The notes below the pieces were generated by a model. It was not told the DNA's origin. It was given only the letters and a program-made list of their open reading frames with translations, and ran no database searches. A stretch of 61,193 nucleotides of DNA, filler included, from Hausera hauseri (lineage: Eukaryota): NCBI GenBank assembly GCA_046269625.1. It is 9 parts of 9 records of this genome, joined end to end, with 100 filler letters (N's around TTAATTAATTAA, not from the genome) between each part and the next. Parts side by side here need not be neighbours in the genome. Positions count along the whole stretch, not along the records: positions 1 to 7,190 come from JBJURY010031891.1; positions 7,291 to 12,746 come from JBJURY010250958.1; 7 more parts are not named here. The stretch is one strand, 5' to 3'. The stretch's first letter is position 1; every line of letters starts with the position of its first letter. Shown here piece by piece: positions 1-12,000 of the stretch. Both the position numbers and the translations under genes were made by a program.

Positions 1-729
1 ATTAACTCATTCACTCATTAAATGATTCTTCTTTTCATCCTTTTTTGAATTTCCTGAATTTATATTGGCTGTTTATTTATTTAACTTTGAATTGAATTTA
101 AACATTAATATTCGTTTAAATTCCTCCCCACAAATGTATTCTAAATAATATACTTTAATTTTAAAATTGTTTTTATTTTCAAAATTTTGATTTCTGATAA
201 AAATATTACAGAGATAATTTTTAATTTATCATCGCCTGATGCATTATGTTTTAGAATTACATTACCAGCATTTCTTATTAATTTTATATTTAACATTAAC
301 TCCAAGAATAAGATGCATCGGTTGATTGAAAAAAAAATCAAAATTTAGTGGACCATAAAGATAACACTTTTGAATTTTTAGGCCATTTCTTTCTTTCATC
401 CTCAGTAACAACTCCGATGCTTTACAAATAAGTATTTTCCGTATCTGCACTAAAATTCAAAATATTTTGTATCAGTACCTTTGCAGTATGCTTATCGTTT
501 GAATCTTTAATCTTTTTCCTTCTTCAAACTTTTTGCCTTCTTCTGTTCACTCAAATGTGAATATGACATGCTGTTCATCTGCCGACAACAATACGTTTAA
601 TAATTTATCCACATTTTCAATTACGTCAAGTGGGACCAAGTCAATTTTGATACAGTCGGTTAAACGGAATTTTGTTAATGGGGTGTTAAATCATTCTACA
701 TCAATTACAGCCACTGACTCTTCCAATAA

Positions 730-1361
730 TTTGCCTTCATCATTCTTATCGCTGGACTCCAGTCTTAAATCCTACATCACAACTTCTTGCTTCCGCACCC
801 CCAAAAAGGACGTCAAGTTCAAGCTGCTTCTACAACTTAATCACACAGTCACCGAACACCAAAGGCCTATCTGACAAAAGGTCAGACCACTGTTACGTCG
901 TAGGCGAAAAGCGGTTGAATCAGAGTTCAGTGAACTCTAAAAGTCTGGTATTATTCGAATATCAAAATTACCATGGGCTTCACCATTACATGTAGTAACA
1001 AAGAAAGAGGGCACTTACAGACAATGTGGTGACAACCGGCAGTTAAACAACCTAACAGCCCTAGACGCATACCCTTTACCTCTCATAAAGGACATTCTGC
1101 AAAGTCTAACCAGTACTAATACGTATTCCACAATTCATTTGCATGAAGCTTATCATCAAATTCCGGTTGCACCTGATGACATTCTAAAAACTGCTTTTAT
1201 CACTCCATTTGGTCTCTATAAGTATCTTTTTATGCCATTTGGCTTAAGTAACGCTTCTCAAACTTTTCAACGACACATTGATACAGTTCTCTGAGGCCTT
1301 GCCTTTGCTAATCCATAAATTGATGGCATATTTGTTGCCCCCACCTCGGTTAAACAACATG
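730..1361 (+). pseudogene. Ty3/gypsy pol fragment: protease-RT spacer and N-terminal half of reverse transcriptase
   Basis: Translates to PWASPLHVVTKKEGTYRQCGDNRQLN..DAYPLPLIKDIL..AYHQIPVAPDDILKTAFITPFGLYKYLFMPFGLSNASQTFQRHID with stops and frameshifts; homologous to the minus-strand elements at 2840-6300 and 9035-12746. Confidence 0.9.
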
Positions 1362-2762
1362 TATTCGTACCATACAATTGGGTCTGAGCCGTTGATGGTA
1401 AGTACGGGTTTCTTTTGTGTTTTTCCATTTGATGAAAAATTAGTGGGAATAACGTCACAAATCAGTATTATAAACGCACAGTCTGGAACAAAACCTAAAA
1501 GAAACAGTATGTGATAGGAAGGTTTAGGATTTTCTTCGATAGTTGCGTTGATGAATATCGTCAGGTCGGAATAATATATTTTTCAGTATAACAACGTGAT
1601 GTACAGTGGAAATGGTAAAGAGACGGTTTAAGATGTTTACTGATTTTGTATTTCTGACAGGCTACGCATTCCTTAACCCAGTCCTGTACATTTTTGCGCA
1701 TTGATGACCAAAATACATGACGTTGAAGCAGGTGAAAGATTGTTTTCGAACCCGGATGATGGAGTGAATGAGTATGAAGTAAAGCTGGCTTTTGTAAAGG
1801 TGGAATTAAAATGATCTTTTCATTACCGAAGGTCGCCATATCATATACAATGCTACCAATGATCTCAAACGATTTGAAGGAGCTAAGAAAGTCAGCAGAT
1901 TGTTGATTGACCTTTATGACTTCGGATCAAAAAATCGGCTCAACTGTAATGGAGCCAACCGACCTCGACAGAAAATCTACGACTAAATTGTCTGTATCTG
2001 AAATGTATTATAAAACAAAACTGAATGTAGATCGGCATGATATATGTCGTTCTTGCCTCGGTAATGGCTGTTTCAACGACACGGTATGCAGGAGAGGCTT
2101 GTGGTCAGTTTGAATAACGAATTGACGCGACAAAAGTAGGTGTCCGAAATGTTTTACTGCAAGAACTATGGCGGCTAACTCACGGTCAAATGTTGCGTAA
2201 CGACTTTCGGGTTGTGTGAGTTCTCGAGAGTAAAATTCTAATGGTTCGTCGACGTCGTTTAAAATCAGGTGTAGTACCGCACCGGTAGGTGTGCTAGAGG
2301 CATCGGTGGTAAGTATAAGATCAGCGTTGGGTTTTGAATAAGCAAGTATTTCGACTGTTTTAGGCCTTCGCGTAAATGATTAAATTTGGTGACTAAATCA
2401 GGAGTCCAGTGGATTAACTGCCACTTTTTCAGGATGATAGATGGGGGAAAATGCTGTAAGCTCAGATCAGTACGATACGTATTTATGGATGAAGTGGTGT
2501 GTGCCTAGAAAACTACTCATATCCGTAGTAGTCGTTGGTAGCGTTATGTTTTTCAATTGTTGTAGTCTATCTGGTTGTGGAGAGTGGCCGTGAGGAGTGA
2601 TGATGTGGCCTAAGAAATTAATAAATTTTTGAAAGAAATGACACTTGGAGAAATTGACCTGTAAATTGCTGTAATGGAGTCTATGAAAGATAATACGGAG
2701 GTGTTCTTGATGTTGTTTAACCGAGGTGGAGGCAACTAATATGTCATCAATGTATGGAAACG
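1362..2762 (-). pseudogene. Ty3/gypsy pol fragment: RT C-terminal half (YIDD), RNase H, integrase zinc-finger region, then integrase 3' remnant
   Basis: ORF 2467-2766 FPYIDDILVAS..FLGH; RNase H motifs TDAS, EFYSR and TDHKP in between; ORF 1561-1839 HSLHHPG..CVACQ; many stops and deletions. Confidence 0.9.
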
Positions 2763-2839
2763 TCATATGAAGTTGATTTATACACCATTCGACAAAGAAT
2801 TAAATTCTGAACAAGATAGACCTATTAGAAAATTTTTAG

Positions 2840-5800
2840 TTATTGAGGAAAAACTTGTCGAAAAGAAACTGTAGAAAAACTGCGTGGAAGTAGAACGGAA
2901 GAAGAATTAAAGGAGTCAAGAAAGGTTTCTGAACAATCAGCTGAGGAATCTGGTGTATCATTAACGAAAAATGCAGGTTTCACGTTAGTTATGTGAACGT
3001 TTTGTTCTTTATAATTTTTTAAAATCGTAATTGTGTGTGAGGTAACGTTGCGGACTTTAAATGGACCTAAGTAGTTTAGTTGGAAACAGGATAGAGAAGG
3101 GTTTTTTAACCACACGAACTTTGCATTAAATAGTGAGTCAGGTAAGTATATTTTGTCACCATGTACTATTTTGCAGAAAGAATTCTGGCTTAGCTGAACA
3201 AAGTGATTTTGTGCAGACTTAATTGTATCGTCAGTTAGTGTGTTTTCCAAATCGGTGAGTTCAAAAAGTGCGCGAATTGTGGTACCGAAAAGTGCTTCAG
3301 CGGATACGCAACTGGTGGTAGTAGATGGCGTGTTTCGCCACCCGAATAAAACAAAAGGGATGATAGTTGTCCAATTCTTATGAGTTTCGGCCAGGATTTT
3401 TAACGAGATCTTGAGAGTGCGATGAAAGCTTTCTAATAAGCCGTTCGACTGGGGATGATATGGAGTTGTGTGTATGTGATTTATGCCCAGTAGATTAACT
3501 AAAGACTTGAATAGGTTCGATTCAAATAGGGGACCTTGGTATGTAATTATATAGCAAGGTGAACCGAACCGGCTAATCCAAATCCTTATGAATGCATCGG
3601 CAATGGAGTCTATATTGATGTAGCGCAAAGGGACGGCTTCAGGCCAACGAGATGCGCGGTCCATCATTGTTAAGGTTAATTGGTGGCTGTTATCAGAAGG
3701 TAATGGGCCGACGATATCTACATGAACTGATTCAAAACGGGAAGTGCAGGGAAAATGAAATAACGGTGGTTTAAGATGTTTGGCTACCTTAAATTTTTGG
3801 CAAGATAAGCATTGTTTAACCCAGCTTTGCACGTCAGATCTCATTGATGGCCATGTTACATGACGTCTGAGGAGACGGAATGTAGCCTTGGGACCTGGGT
3901 GATGCAAAGAATGAACGTGTTGAAATACAGTTTGTTGGAGAGAAGGTGCCAAAATTGGCAAATGTCGCCCAGGCGTCGATGTGTCCATGGCTATTCCATC
4001 GATGATTTCTACGGATTTGTACTCTTTAAGAGTTTCAGCGGAAAAGGAATTTTGGATTAATTGTTCCTTAGAGAATATTGGTATGACACTAATAGCACCA
4101 ACTAACCTTGATAAGGAGTCGGCTATTAAATTGTGTGTGCCGGAAATATGGCAAATTTTGAAGTTAAATATTGACAGATATGAGATATAGCGTTTTTGTC
4201 GGAGTGATGGTTGTTTCATGTTCATTACGTCAACGAGAGGTTTATGGTCCGTTTGAATAGTGAAGGAACGAGCGATAAGTAAATGTAAAAAATGTTTCAG
4301 ATATAAAACAGTAACCAGGAGTGCTCTATCGAAAGTGGAATAACGGCGTTCTTGCGGCTGCAGCTTGAGTGAAAAGAATTCTAACGGTTCAGGTTTTGGA
4401 TAAGCTAAAATATCGACTGTTTTAAGCTTCTCGCTGAGTTCATCGAACTGGTTAACAAGTTCTTGTGTCCAATATATTAACTTTTTCTTTGGCCCTGCTC
4501 CTAGTTGAGCGGAAGGAACAGTTAACTGGCTACAGTGTGGGACGTATTTATGTACAAAATGTAAAGTCCCAAGGAAACTACGCATATCAGTAGTGGTTTT
4601 TGGTAGCTCGATGTTTTTTAGCTGATGGATTCTATCAGGCTGTGTACTGTGACCGTCAGGTGTGATGACGTGGCCAACGAAATTGACCTTTTTCTAAAAG
4701 AAGAAACACTTAGAAAAGTTCACTTGCAAATTGTGGTTTTGCCAGCGTTGGAAAACTAGTCTTAGATGTTTTTCGTGTTGTTTTGGCGATGCCCATGCAA
4801 CTAGTATGTCACCAATGTATGGATATACAAATGGCAAGCCTGAAAGAACTGAATCAATGTGCCGTTGGAAAGTTTGTGCTGCGTTCTTTAAGCCGAACGG
4901 CATAAATGCGTATTAGAAAAGGCCAAAAGGTGTTATAGTGGCCGTTTTCTGAATGTTTTCGGGTGCTACCGGTATTTGGTGGTAGGCTTTTTCAAGATCT
5001 ATGGTTGAACAAATCGTAGTTTTGTGCAAAAAATGTAACATATTCTTAATCAAAGGTAGAGGATAAGCGTCCATGGTAGTGATGTTATTAAGTTGGTGAT
5101 AATCGCCGCATGGACGGAATGTGCCATCTTTTTTCTGGACGACGTAAAGTGGTGATGCCCAAGACGATTTAGAGCGTTTTATTATGCCAGCTTGTTCGAG
5201 TGCAGAGAATTTCGTTTGGACTGTCTGTCGACGGCGTGGTGAAAGTTGGCGGAGTTTCTGCCTAACGGGCCTAAGGTTTTCTATTATGATATGATAAAAC
5301 GTCGTGTTAGCTGGTCGAAACGCTGGGTTTTTTTAATTGTATGGAAACAATACTTGACTAAATATTGTTGCATTTCTTGGCTAAGCGTAGTAAAGGTTTG
5401 ATTGGACTTAGTGTGGAAAATGGTAGAAATCGAGCCGCCTAAATCGGACTGCAACGGAAAAGTAGGATTGTTTATATTGGTTTTATCAGTAAGGTTTTTA
5501 TTTACATTGGTTAATAGTTTCTTCAATATTGATTTTACAGTTGAGATAGGCTGCATGATGGGTTGTTTATCTGTAGGAATCAGCTTTATTGAACTGCTTT
5601 TAATGATCCGACGTTGTCTACAATTTACAAGGAGGTTGTAGAAAGATAAGAAATTAGATCAAAGTATTGGAGATTGTGTGTCGGCAACAATGAATGTCCA
5701 ATTAAAAATGTTGAAAAATGGCGGTAAAGTGAATGAAATCTTGGACGTGCCGACAATGCGTAATGCTTGGCCGTTAGCTGTATACAATTTGGTGTTAGAT

Positions 5801-6300
5801 GGTGAGATGGATGGTGTTTTGATGGATTGTGGTAACAAAGAAACAGGAGCCCCTGAGTCAATGAGGAAGTTAATTGGTTGATTGGGTTTGGATGTTAAGG
5901 AGACTTTTAATGTGAAAACAGCGCAGGAATGGCTATTAGAAGAAAGATGTTTGCCTGTGGCAGTATGCGCCAAAACATCTGGCGGCTTTGTCAGCTTTTT
6001 TGGATAGTACGATTTGTTTAGTCGGGAGAATTTCAATGGATTTGGTTAAGTCGACTTGAAAACGTGCAACCGTTAATGCAGTGCGGGCTTTATTGCTGAA
6101 CCTATTATGGTAAAGACAAACGATGTCGGATTTTTGAAAAGTTAATGTAAAGAATTTACACCCCAGGCAACATTTGTTGGAATTTTGCGATGAAGCACGG
6201 CTATGACTGGGTGTGAATTGACTTCGTCTCGACATGGATAAATTGTCCAATTTAGAAGTTAAAGCAGAAATAGCTTGATGTATTGCCGTGTTTTCAGCCC
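2840..6300 (-). mobile_element. Decayed CsRn1-type gypsy LTR retrotransposon (gag C-terminus, protease, RT, RNase H, integrase), truncated at both ends
   Basis: Protease FLIDSGA (5659-6036), RT MPFGLKNAAQTFQR (4694-4903), RNase H plus integrase in ORF 2840-4585 (HVDIVGPLP, PYHPQSNGLLE, YLGPF); Gag remnant CLYHNRF. Confidence 0.95.
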
Positions 6301-6390
6301 GGGGGCGTTTATTTGGTTATTCAGCGCTAAGATTTCAGCGTTATGTGGTGTCAAAGGTGGTTGTAATGTGGCTAGGATTATGAACTAGAA

Positions 6391-7070
6391 GTGAAGAAGA
6401 TAAAAGTACAATGCAAAAAGCCGATTGAACAAACGAAGACCATCAAGATAATAATTGAACCAGCAAGTGAACAAGTGCGAATGACGAAACATCGTCAAGC
6501 TCAACTAGCCCAGGCGCAGAAGGAATACGACAGTACGCAGAAGCGTATTGTTGTTAAGGATAAGTTGGTGGGCAAGTGGAAATCACAATGTGAAAGAAGC
6601 AGACAAAACAGATTGCGCTCAAAATTGTGGCTGTCGGAAGAAATTGCAATAATACAGTTGGATCAAACAAATGAACCGAGACTGCATGTGAACCTTGACA
6701 AGCGCTTTGAAATACGGCGGAAACTAAGAAACACTAATGAAGGTAGAATCACGCAGCTCGAAAAGGAAAATGAGAGGCAGCGAGAGCAGATAGCTCATTT
6801 TAAAAGTGTCATTGCTCATCAAGGTCGAACAATATGGCAATTACAAAAGGAAAAAACCGATGCTGTAGTGGAGACTCAGACTGAAGGTAATATAAATTGT
6901 AAATTTGATGTATTTAATTATTAGACGTAGTGAATACAGAAGCGGCGGAGACAGACCGAAAACAAGTCAGTTCGGCTCATGAAGAATAAAGCAGTGCAGG
7001 TTACATGTAATATATCTGAATCAGATGTGATTCACAATTATTACAACTGCACTGTGAACAATTTTAAGTA
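6391..7070 (+). CDS. Uncharacterised basic coiled-coil protein, probably with a 38-nt intron (6887-6924) and a 3' frameshift; possibly pseudogenic
   Basis: 177-aa ORF with heptad-like Q/E/K/R composition; AT-rich GT..AG segment 6887-6924 whose removal continues the frame (TEDVVNTEAAET); downstream frame ends HNYYNCTVNNFK* at 7070. Confidence 0.55.
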
Positions 7071-7101
7071 GTCAGTTGCATATATATTAAGAAAGTTAAT
7101 C

Positions 7102-7117
7102 GGTCCTCTTCAGGGCC
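7102..7117 (+). promoter_or_regulatory. Histone-mRNA-type 3' stem-loop
   Basis: GGTCCT-CTTC-AGGGCC followed by ACAA; 6-bp stem and 4-nt loop match the GGYYYT(T/C)YTHARRRCC histone stem-loop pattern. Confidence 0.6.
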
Positions 7118-7127
7118 ACAATTTTTG

Positions 7128-7190
7128 ATTATTTTGTCTTAGTTTTATTTTGCCTTTATCTTAGTTTTATTTTGTCTTTGTTTTAGTTTT
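7128..7190. repeat. Short T-rich tandem repeat (about 20-bp unit, TTAGTTTTATTTTG core) at a contig end
   Basis: Three imperfect copies visible. Confidence 0.7.
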
Positions 7191-7290
7191 NNNNNNNNNN
7201 NNNNNNNNNNNNNNNNNNNNNNNNNNNNNNNNNNTTAATTAATTAANNNNNNNNNNNNNNNNNNNNNNNNNNNNNNNNNNNNNNNNNNNN
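7191..7290. other. Artificial contig linker (44 N + TTAATTAATTAA + 44 N); also at 12747-12846, 16804-16903, 23887-23986, 28675-28774, 45363-45462, 49967-50066 and 56545-56644
   Basis: Identical 100-nt structure eight times; TTAATTAATTAA puts stop codons in all six frames. Confidence 0.98.
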
Positions 7291-7387
7291 ATCGGCCAAA
7301 GACATTTTTAAAAACACTAATAAAATTATTGTTGTTTGAAATACATTGTTCATAATACCTCATGTGATATTTGCGAGATAAAAAAAT

Positions 7388-7510
7388 AATCACGAATTCA
7401 CCAAATTCGGGATACTATATGCTCACGGATTCACCCTATCTGAAATAAGTATTAATTTCCGATTCACCCAATCCGAAATACTATATACTCACGGATTAAC
7501 CCCAACGGGG
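7388..7510. repeat. Imperfect tandem repeat of about 32 bp (CACGGATTCACCC..GAAATACTATAT core)
   Basis: About four diverged copies visible; may be the subterminal repeats of a DNA transposon. Confidence 0.6.
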
Positions 7511-7566
7511 GATAATAAATAAGTACCGGTTCATAAATTCGTGAAATTCACTTTTGTTTAAACGCG

Positions 7567-7770
7567 TCAATTTAAAAGGGGGTATAGGGTTTTGTGCCAG
7601 AACTCCCATTTTTCCTCTACTGTTGCCATAATGTGAGTTAAGGTGCTATTAAATCTTTCTACCGTCCCATTTGTTTGGGCGTGGTATGGAGTATATTTCA
7701 ATTGCAATATGTGGAATATTTTTGATATCTCCGCCATTACTTCTCCTATGAAGTTTGGGGCTTGATGTAG
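7567..7770 (-). pseudogene. Gypsy integrase core fragment from a different family
   Basis: YTPYHAQTNGTVERFNSTL motif. Confidence 0.85.
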
Positions 7771-8449
7771 GACTTGTACGATAAAATTACAGTGTTCCAC
7801 CTTAACTGCATTAGTATAGTGAAATATAAAATTCATAATCAGTGTTTTTGGTGCTTACGCTTAACTCCGACAATCAAAAGCTTCGGCACCATAAACTTAA
7901 CCCAATCCAATAGTAAGCAAAGTCGTAAACGTAAATACAACCCGGATAGTCCGGCATTTGCTTTCGGAAACCAAAAATAATTGAATAAAAGTAAAAATGA
8001 AAGCTGCATATCCACTCTATTTACAAAATGGCCAACAATATTTTTTAATTAAAAATATTTTTGAAATTCTGCCAAAAAAGTTTTTAAAAAGTTTAGCCGG
8101 CACTTATAACAAACGTGATGGATAACTTTAACGATATGTTTTTACACGATATTTCATTATCGAACTGTTGCTGTTGGGACGGAACGGTTAATTTTGTCAT
8201 TGTGCTTTCGTGAGTGGGATTTTAAACATTGTTTGAAATCTTAAAAAATGTTTTGTCTAAACATTTTCTGTTTTCACTGTTGATAGATTTGGTTACGCAA
8301 TTTAACATATAACAGGATAATGTTGGAATTTCTTTTTTGTTTCTGTTTCTGATGTTGTTGTTGTGCGAGTCTTCGCTTTTCTGTTAAAATTTTTGTTGCA
8401 CGAAGAGACAACGGGGTTGGCTTTGCGATTGACAAAAATGATAACGCGT

Positions 8450-8962
8450 GTGGCACAGAATTACTTCGAGTTTGATGTTTGATGATTTGTTTTGTGATGA
8501 ATAATTGCAGTGGTGGTTTAAGAAAAGAATAGAATCACTGGCTATCTATCAAAATTATTGTGAAGGCTCCGCATTGCAAAACGTCTTGACCACGTCGCCT
8601 TGATACACATTCAATAACGTTATTAATTTGTTTAAGTGAGTCGAAATGGAATAAATTCGAAATCTTATTAAGGAACAATTCACGGGACGATACCAGGTAA
8701 TCCAAACTCCTTGGAAGAGCTTCTATAAGCTGAAGTGAAACGTCGTAACAGATTTTCCTTATATCGACTCATGAATCCTTGCGGTTTCGAATTAGACTGA
8801 CAACTTGAGTAACAAGTTCACTGGCTGACTGGCCGCTAAACGAACGAAGGACTAACCAAAGAGGATCACTATGAGAAGCGTTCCCGTCTACCGGTACCGG
8901 GTGACGTATAAATCTCCAGGATTGTAGCGACGCTTACAGCTGCATTACCACATTATCTCCCT
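8450..8962 (-). mobile_element. Polypurine tract (8953-8962) and start of the 3' LTR (from 8952) of the gypsy element at 9035-12746; distal LTR end uncertain
   Basis: Minus strand reads AGGGAGATAA|TGTGGTAATG about 80 nt after the integrase-tail stop codon. Confidence 0.55.
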
Positions 8963-9034
8963 GTGGCAAAGATGGCATTACGTAAAGCAAAAAAATAAAA
9001 AGGAAAAACTGCAATAAAGAACAATGCCTGTGAT

Positions 9035-12000
9035 CTACTCAGTTTTTGTATAAACTATACGTTGAACCTTATCGATATTTTGTTCCCTGCTATATTTACT
9101 AAAGGTAACTGTCTTGATTTGTTTGAAGTGCTGTTTAACTGCTTGCTGAAATGGTTGGGGTGAAGTTATGTCTTGATTTGACATGTGAGCAAGTTGAAAA
9201 CTGGTCGATATGTCATTTAGCATCTCTTTATGAGTTGGTGCTGATTTTAGGGTAGCAGGTTCAAGTTTAGGCAGATTGCAAGAAGAATTGAAAGAGTCAA
9301 GAAAGGTTGGTGAAGGTTCAGCTGAGGAATCCGGTGTGTCATTAACGAAGAACGCAGGTTTCACGTTAGTTATGTGCACGTTTTGTTCTTTTCCGTTTTT
9401 GAATATTGAATTTGTGTGTGAAGTAATGTTAAGAAATTTAAACGGTCCTAAATAGTGCGGTTAAAATCCAGATCGTGACGGATTTTTCAACCACACGAAC
9501 TTCACATTAAATAGTGAGTCAGGTAAATATGTTTTGTCGCCGTGTATTATTTTACAGAAAGCGACTCGACTTAGCCGGATGAAATGATTTTGTGCATACC
9601 TAATGGTTTCGTCAGTCGGTGTGTTGTCTAAATCGGTCAGTTCAAAAAGTGCACGAATTGTGGTGCCGAAGAGTGCTTCAGCGAGTGCGCAACCGGTGGT
9701 GGTAGATGGTGTGTTGCGCCACCCGAGTAATACGAATGGAAGGATGGTATTCCAGTTCGTATGTGTTTCGGCTAGAATTTTTAGGGAGATTTTAAGAGTT
9801 CGGTGAAATCGCTCCAATAAGCCGTTGGATTGGGGATGGTATGGAGTAGTATGAATATGGTTTATGCTCAATCGATTAACTAAGAATTTGAATAGGTTCG
9901 ATTTGAACTGGGGGCCTTGATCTGTTTTAATATAACGTGGTGAACCGAACCGACTAATCCAAACCCTTATGAAGGCATCTGCGATGGAGTCAGTGTTGAT
10001 GGATCGCAAGGGAACAGCCTCGCGCCAAAGAAATGCGCGGTTTATCATTGTTAAGATGAACTGGTGGCCATTATCAGAAGGTAATGGGCCAACAATATCT
10101 AGGTGAACTGATTCAAAACGGGATGTACAGGGGAAATGGAATAATGGTGGCTTAAGATGCTTAACTACTTTGAATTTTTGGCAAGCCACACAATGCCTAA
10201 CCCAACCCTGTACATCGAATCTCATTGATGGCCATGTGATGTGACGTTTGAGTAGGCGGAATGTTGCCTTCGAACCTGGGTAATGCAACGAATAAATATG
10301 GTTAAATGCTGTTTGTTGAAGAGAATGTGCCAAAATTGGAAAATGGTGCCCAGGTATCGACGTGTCCATGGCTACGCCATCAATGATTTAGATAGATTTA
10401 TATTGTTTAAGTATTTTAGTAGAAGGATTCTGAACCAATTGTTTTTTAAAAAAATAGGCATGACGCTAATTGCATTAACCGATCGTGACAAAAAATCCGC
10501 TATTAAATTATCTGTGCCAGAAATATGGCAGATTTTAAAGTTGAACGTTGACAAGTACGAAATATGACGTTCTTGTCGAAGTAAGGGATGCTTCATGTTC
10601 ATTGCGTGAACGATGGACTTGTGGTCTGTTTGAATGGTAAAAGACCGGGCGATAAGTAAATGTGAAAAATGTTTAAGAGCTAAAACGATGGCCAGGAGTT
10701 CTCTATCGAAGGTGGAATAACGGCATTCTTGTGGCTGGAGCTTACGTGAAAAGAATTCTATTGGTTCGTTTATTCCTTGAGATATTTGATGGAGAACCGC
10801 TCCGACGGCTGTTGCTGATGCGTCGGTTATCAGGATGAGATCGGCATCGGGTTTTGGATAATCCAAGATTTCAACGGTTTTAAGATTATTGCGGAGCTCA
10901 TCAAACTGGTTTAGAAGGTCTGGCGTCCAATATAGAGGTTTCTTTGGCCCTGATCCTAGTTGAGCGAAAGGGGCGGTTAACTGGCTGCAGTGCGGGGCGT
11001 ACTTATGAACAAAATGCAAAGTCCCGAGAAAGCTGCGCATATCAATTTTACTTTTTGGCAGTTCGATATTTCGTAATTGGTGAATCCTATCAGGCTGTGG
11101 ACTGTGACCGTTAGGCGTGATGATGTGCCCTAGGAAGTTGACTTTATCTTGAAAGAATGTGCATTTTGCGAAGTTAACCTGTAAATTGTTGTTATGCAGG
11201 CGTTGAAAAACGAGCTTAAGATGTTCAGCGTGTTGTTTAGGTGAAGATGATGCTACCAATATATCGTTGATATATGGGTAAGCGAATGGTAGACCTGAAA
11301 GAATAGAATCGATATGCCGTTGAAAAGTTTGGGCTGCGTTCTTTAAGCCAAACGGCATGAAGGCATATTCGAAGAGGCCAAATGGTGTTATTATCGCCGT
11401 TTTTTGAATATCTTCAGGCGCTACCGGTATTTGGTGGTAGGCTTTTTCTAGATCTATAATAAAGTAGATTGTAGTTTTATGCAACGAATGTAAGATGTCC
11501 TTTATCAACGGTAAACGACAAGCATCCATGATGGTGACATTATTAAGTTGACGATAATCGTCGCATGGTCGGAATGTACCATCTTCTTTTGGTACTACGT
11601 GAAGTGGTAAAGCCCAAGGTGACTTCGACCGGTGGGTTATTCCTGCTTGTTCGAGTAACGTGAATTCAGATAAGACTGCTTGTCGACAGCGTGGTGAGAG
11701 TAACCTGAGTTTTTACCTGATTGGCCGAGGATTCTCGGTCATGATGTGATGGAATGTCGAGCTAGTTGGTCTAAAAGTTGTGTCTTTTGTGATCGTGTGG
11801 AAGCAGGACTTAGTTATGTATTGCTGGATTTCTTGACTTAACGAGGCAAATGGCGTTGTTAATAAATTAGATGGTTGATCAATGGCAGGACTGGATATGG
11901 TGGATATTGAACTGTCTAAATCGTCTTTGTCAACGTTTTCTACTTTGTTACCATTCAATGGGAATGTAAAATTATCAAAATCAGTAGTGTTAAAATTTAT

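Noticed and set aside
1-720. Minus-strand coding-like remnant
   Set aside because: Interrupted, AT-rich and without a recognisable domain
7235-7246. Recurrent TTAATTAATTAA as a biological motif
   Set aside because: Always centred in 44-N flanks; it is an assembly linker
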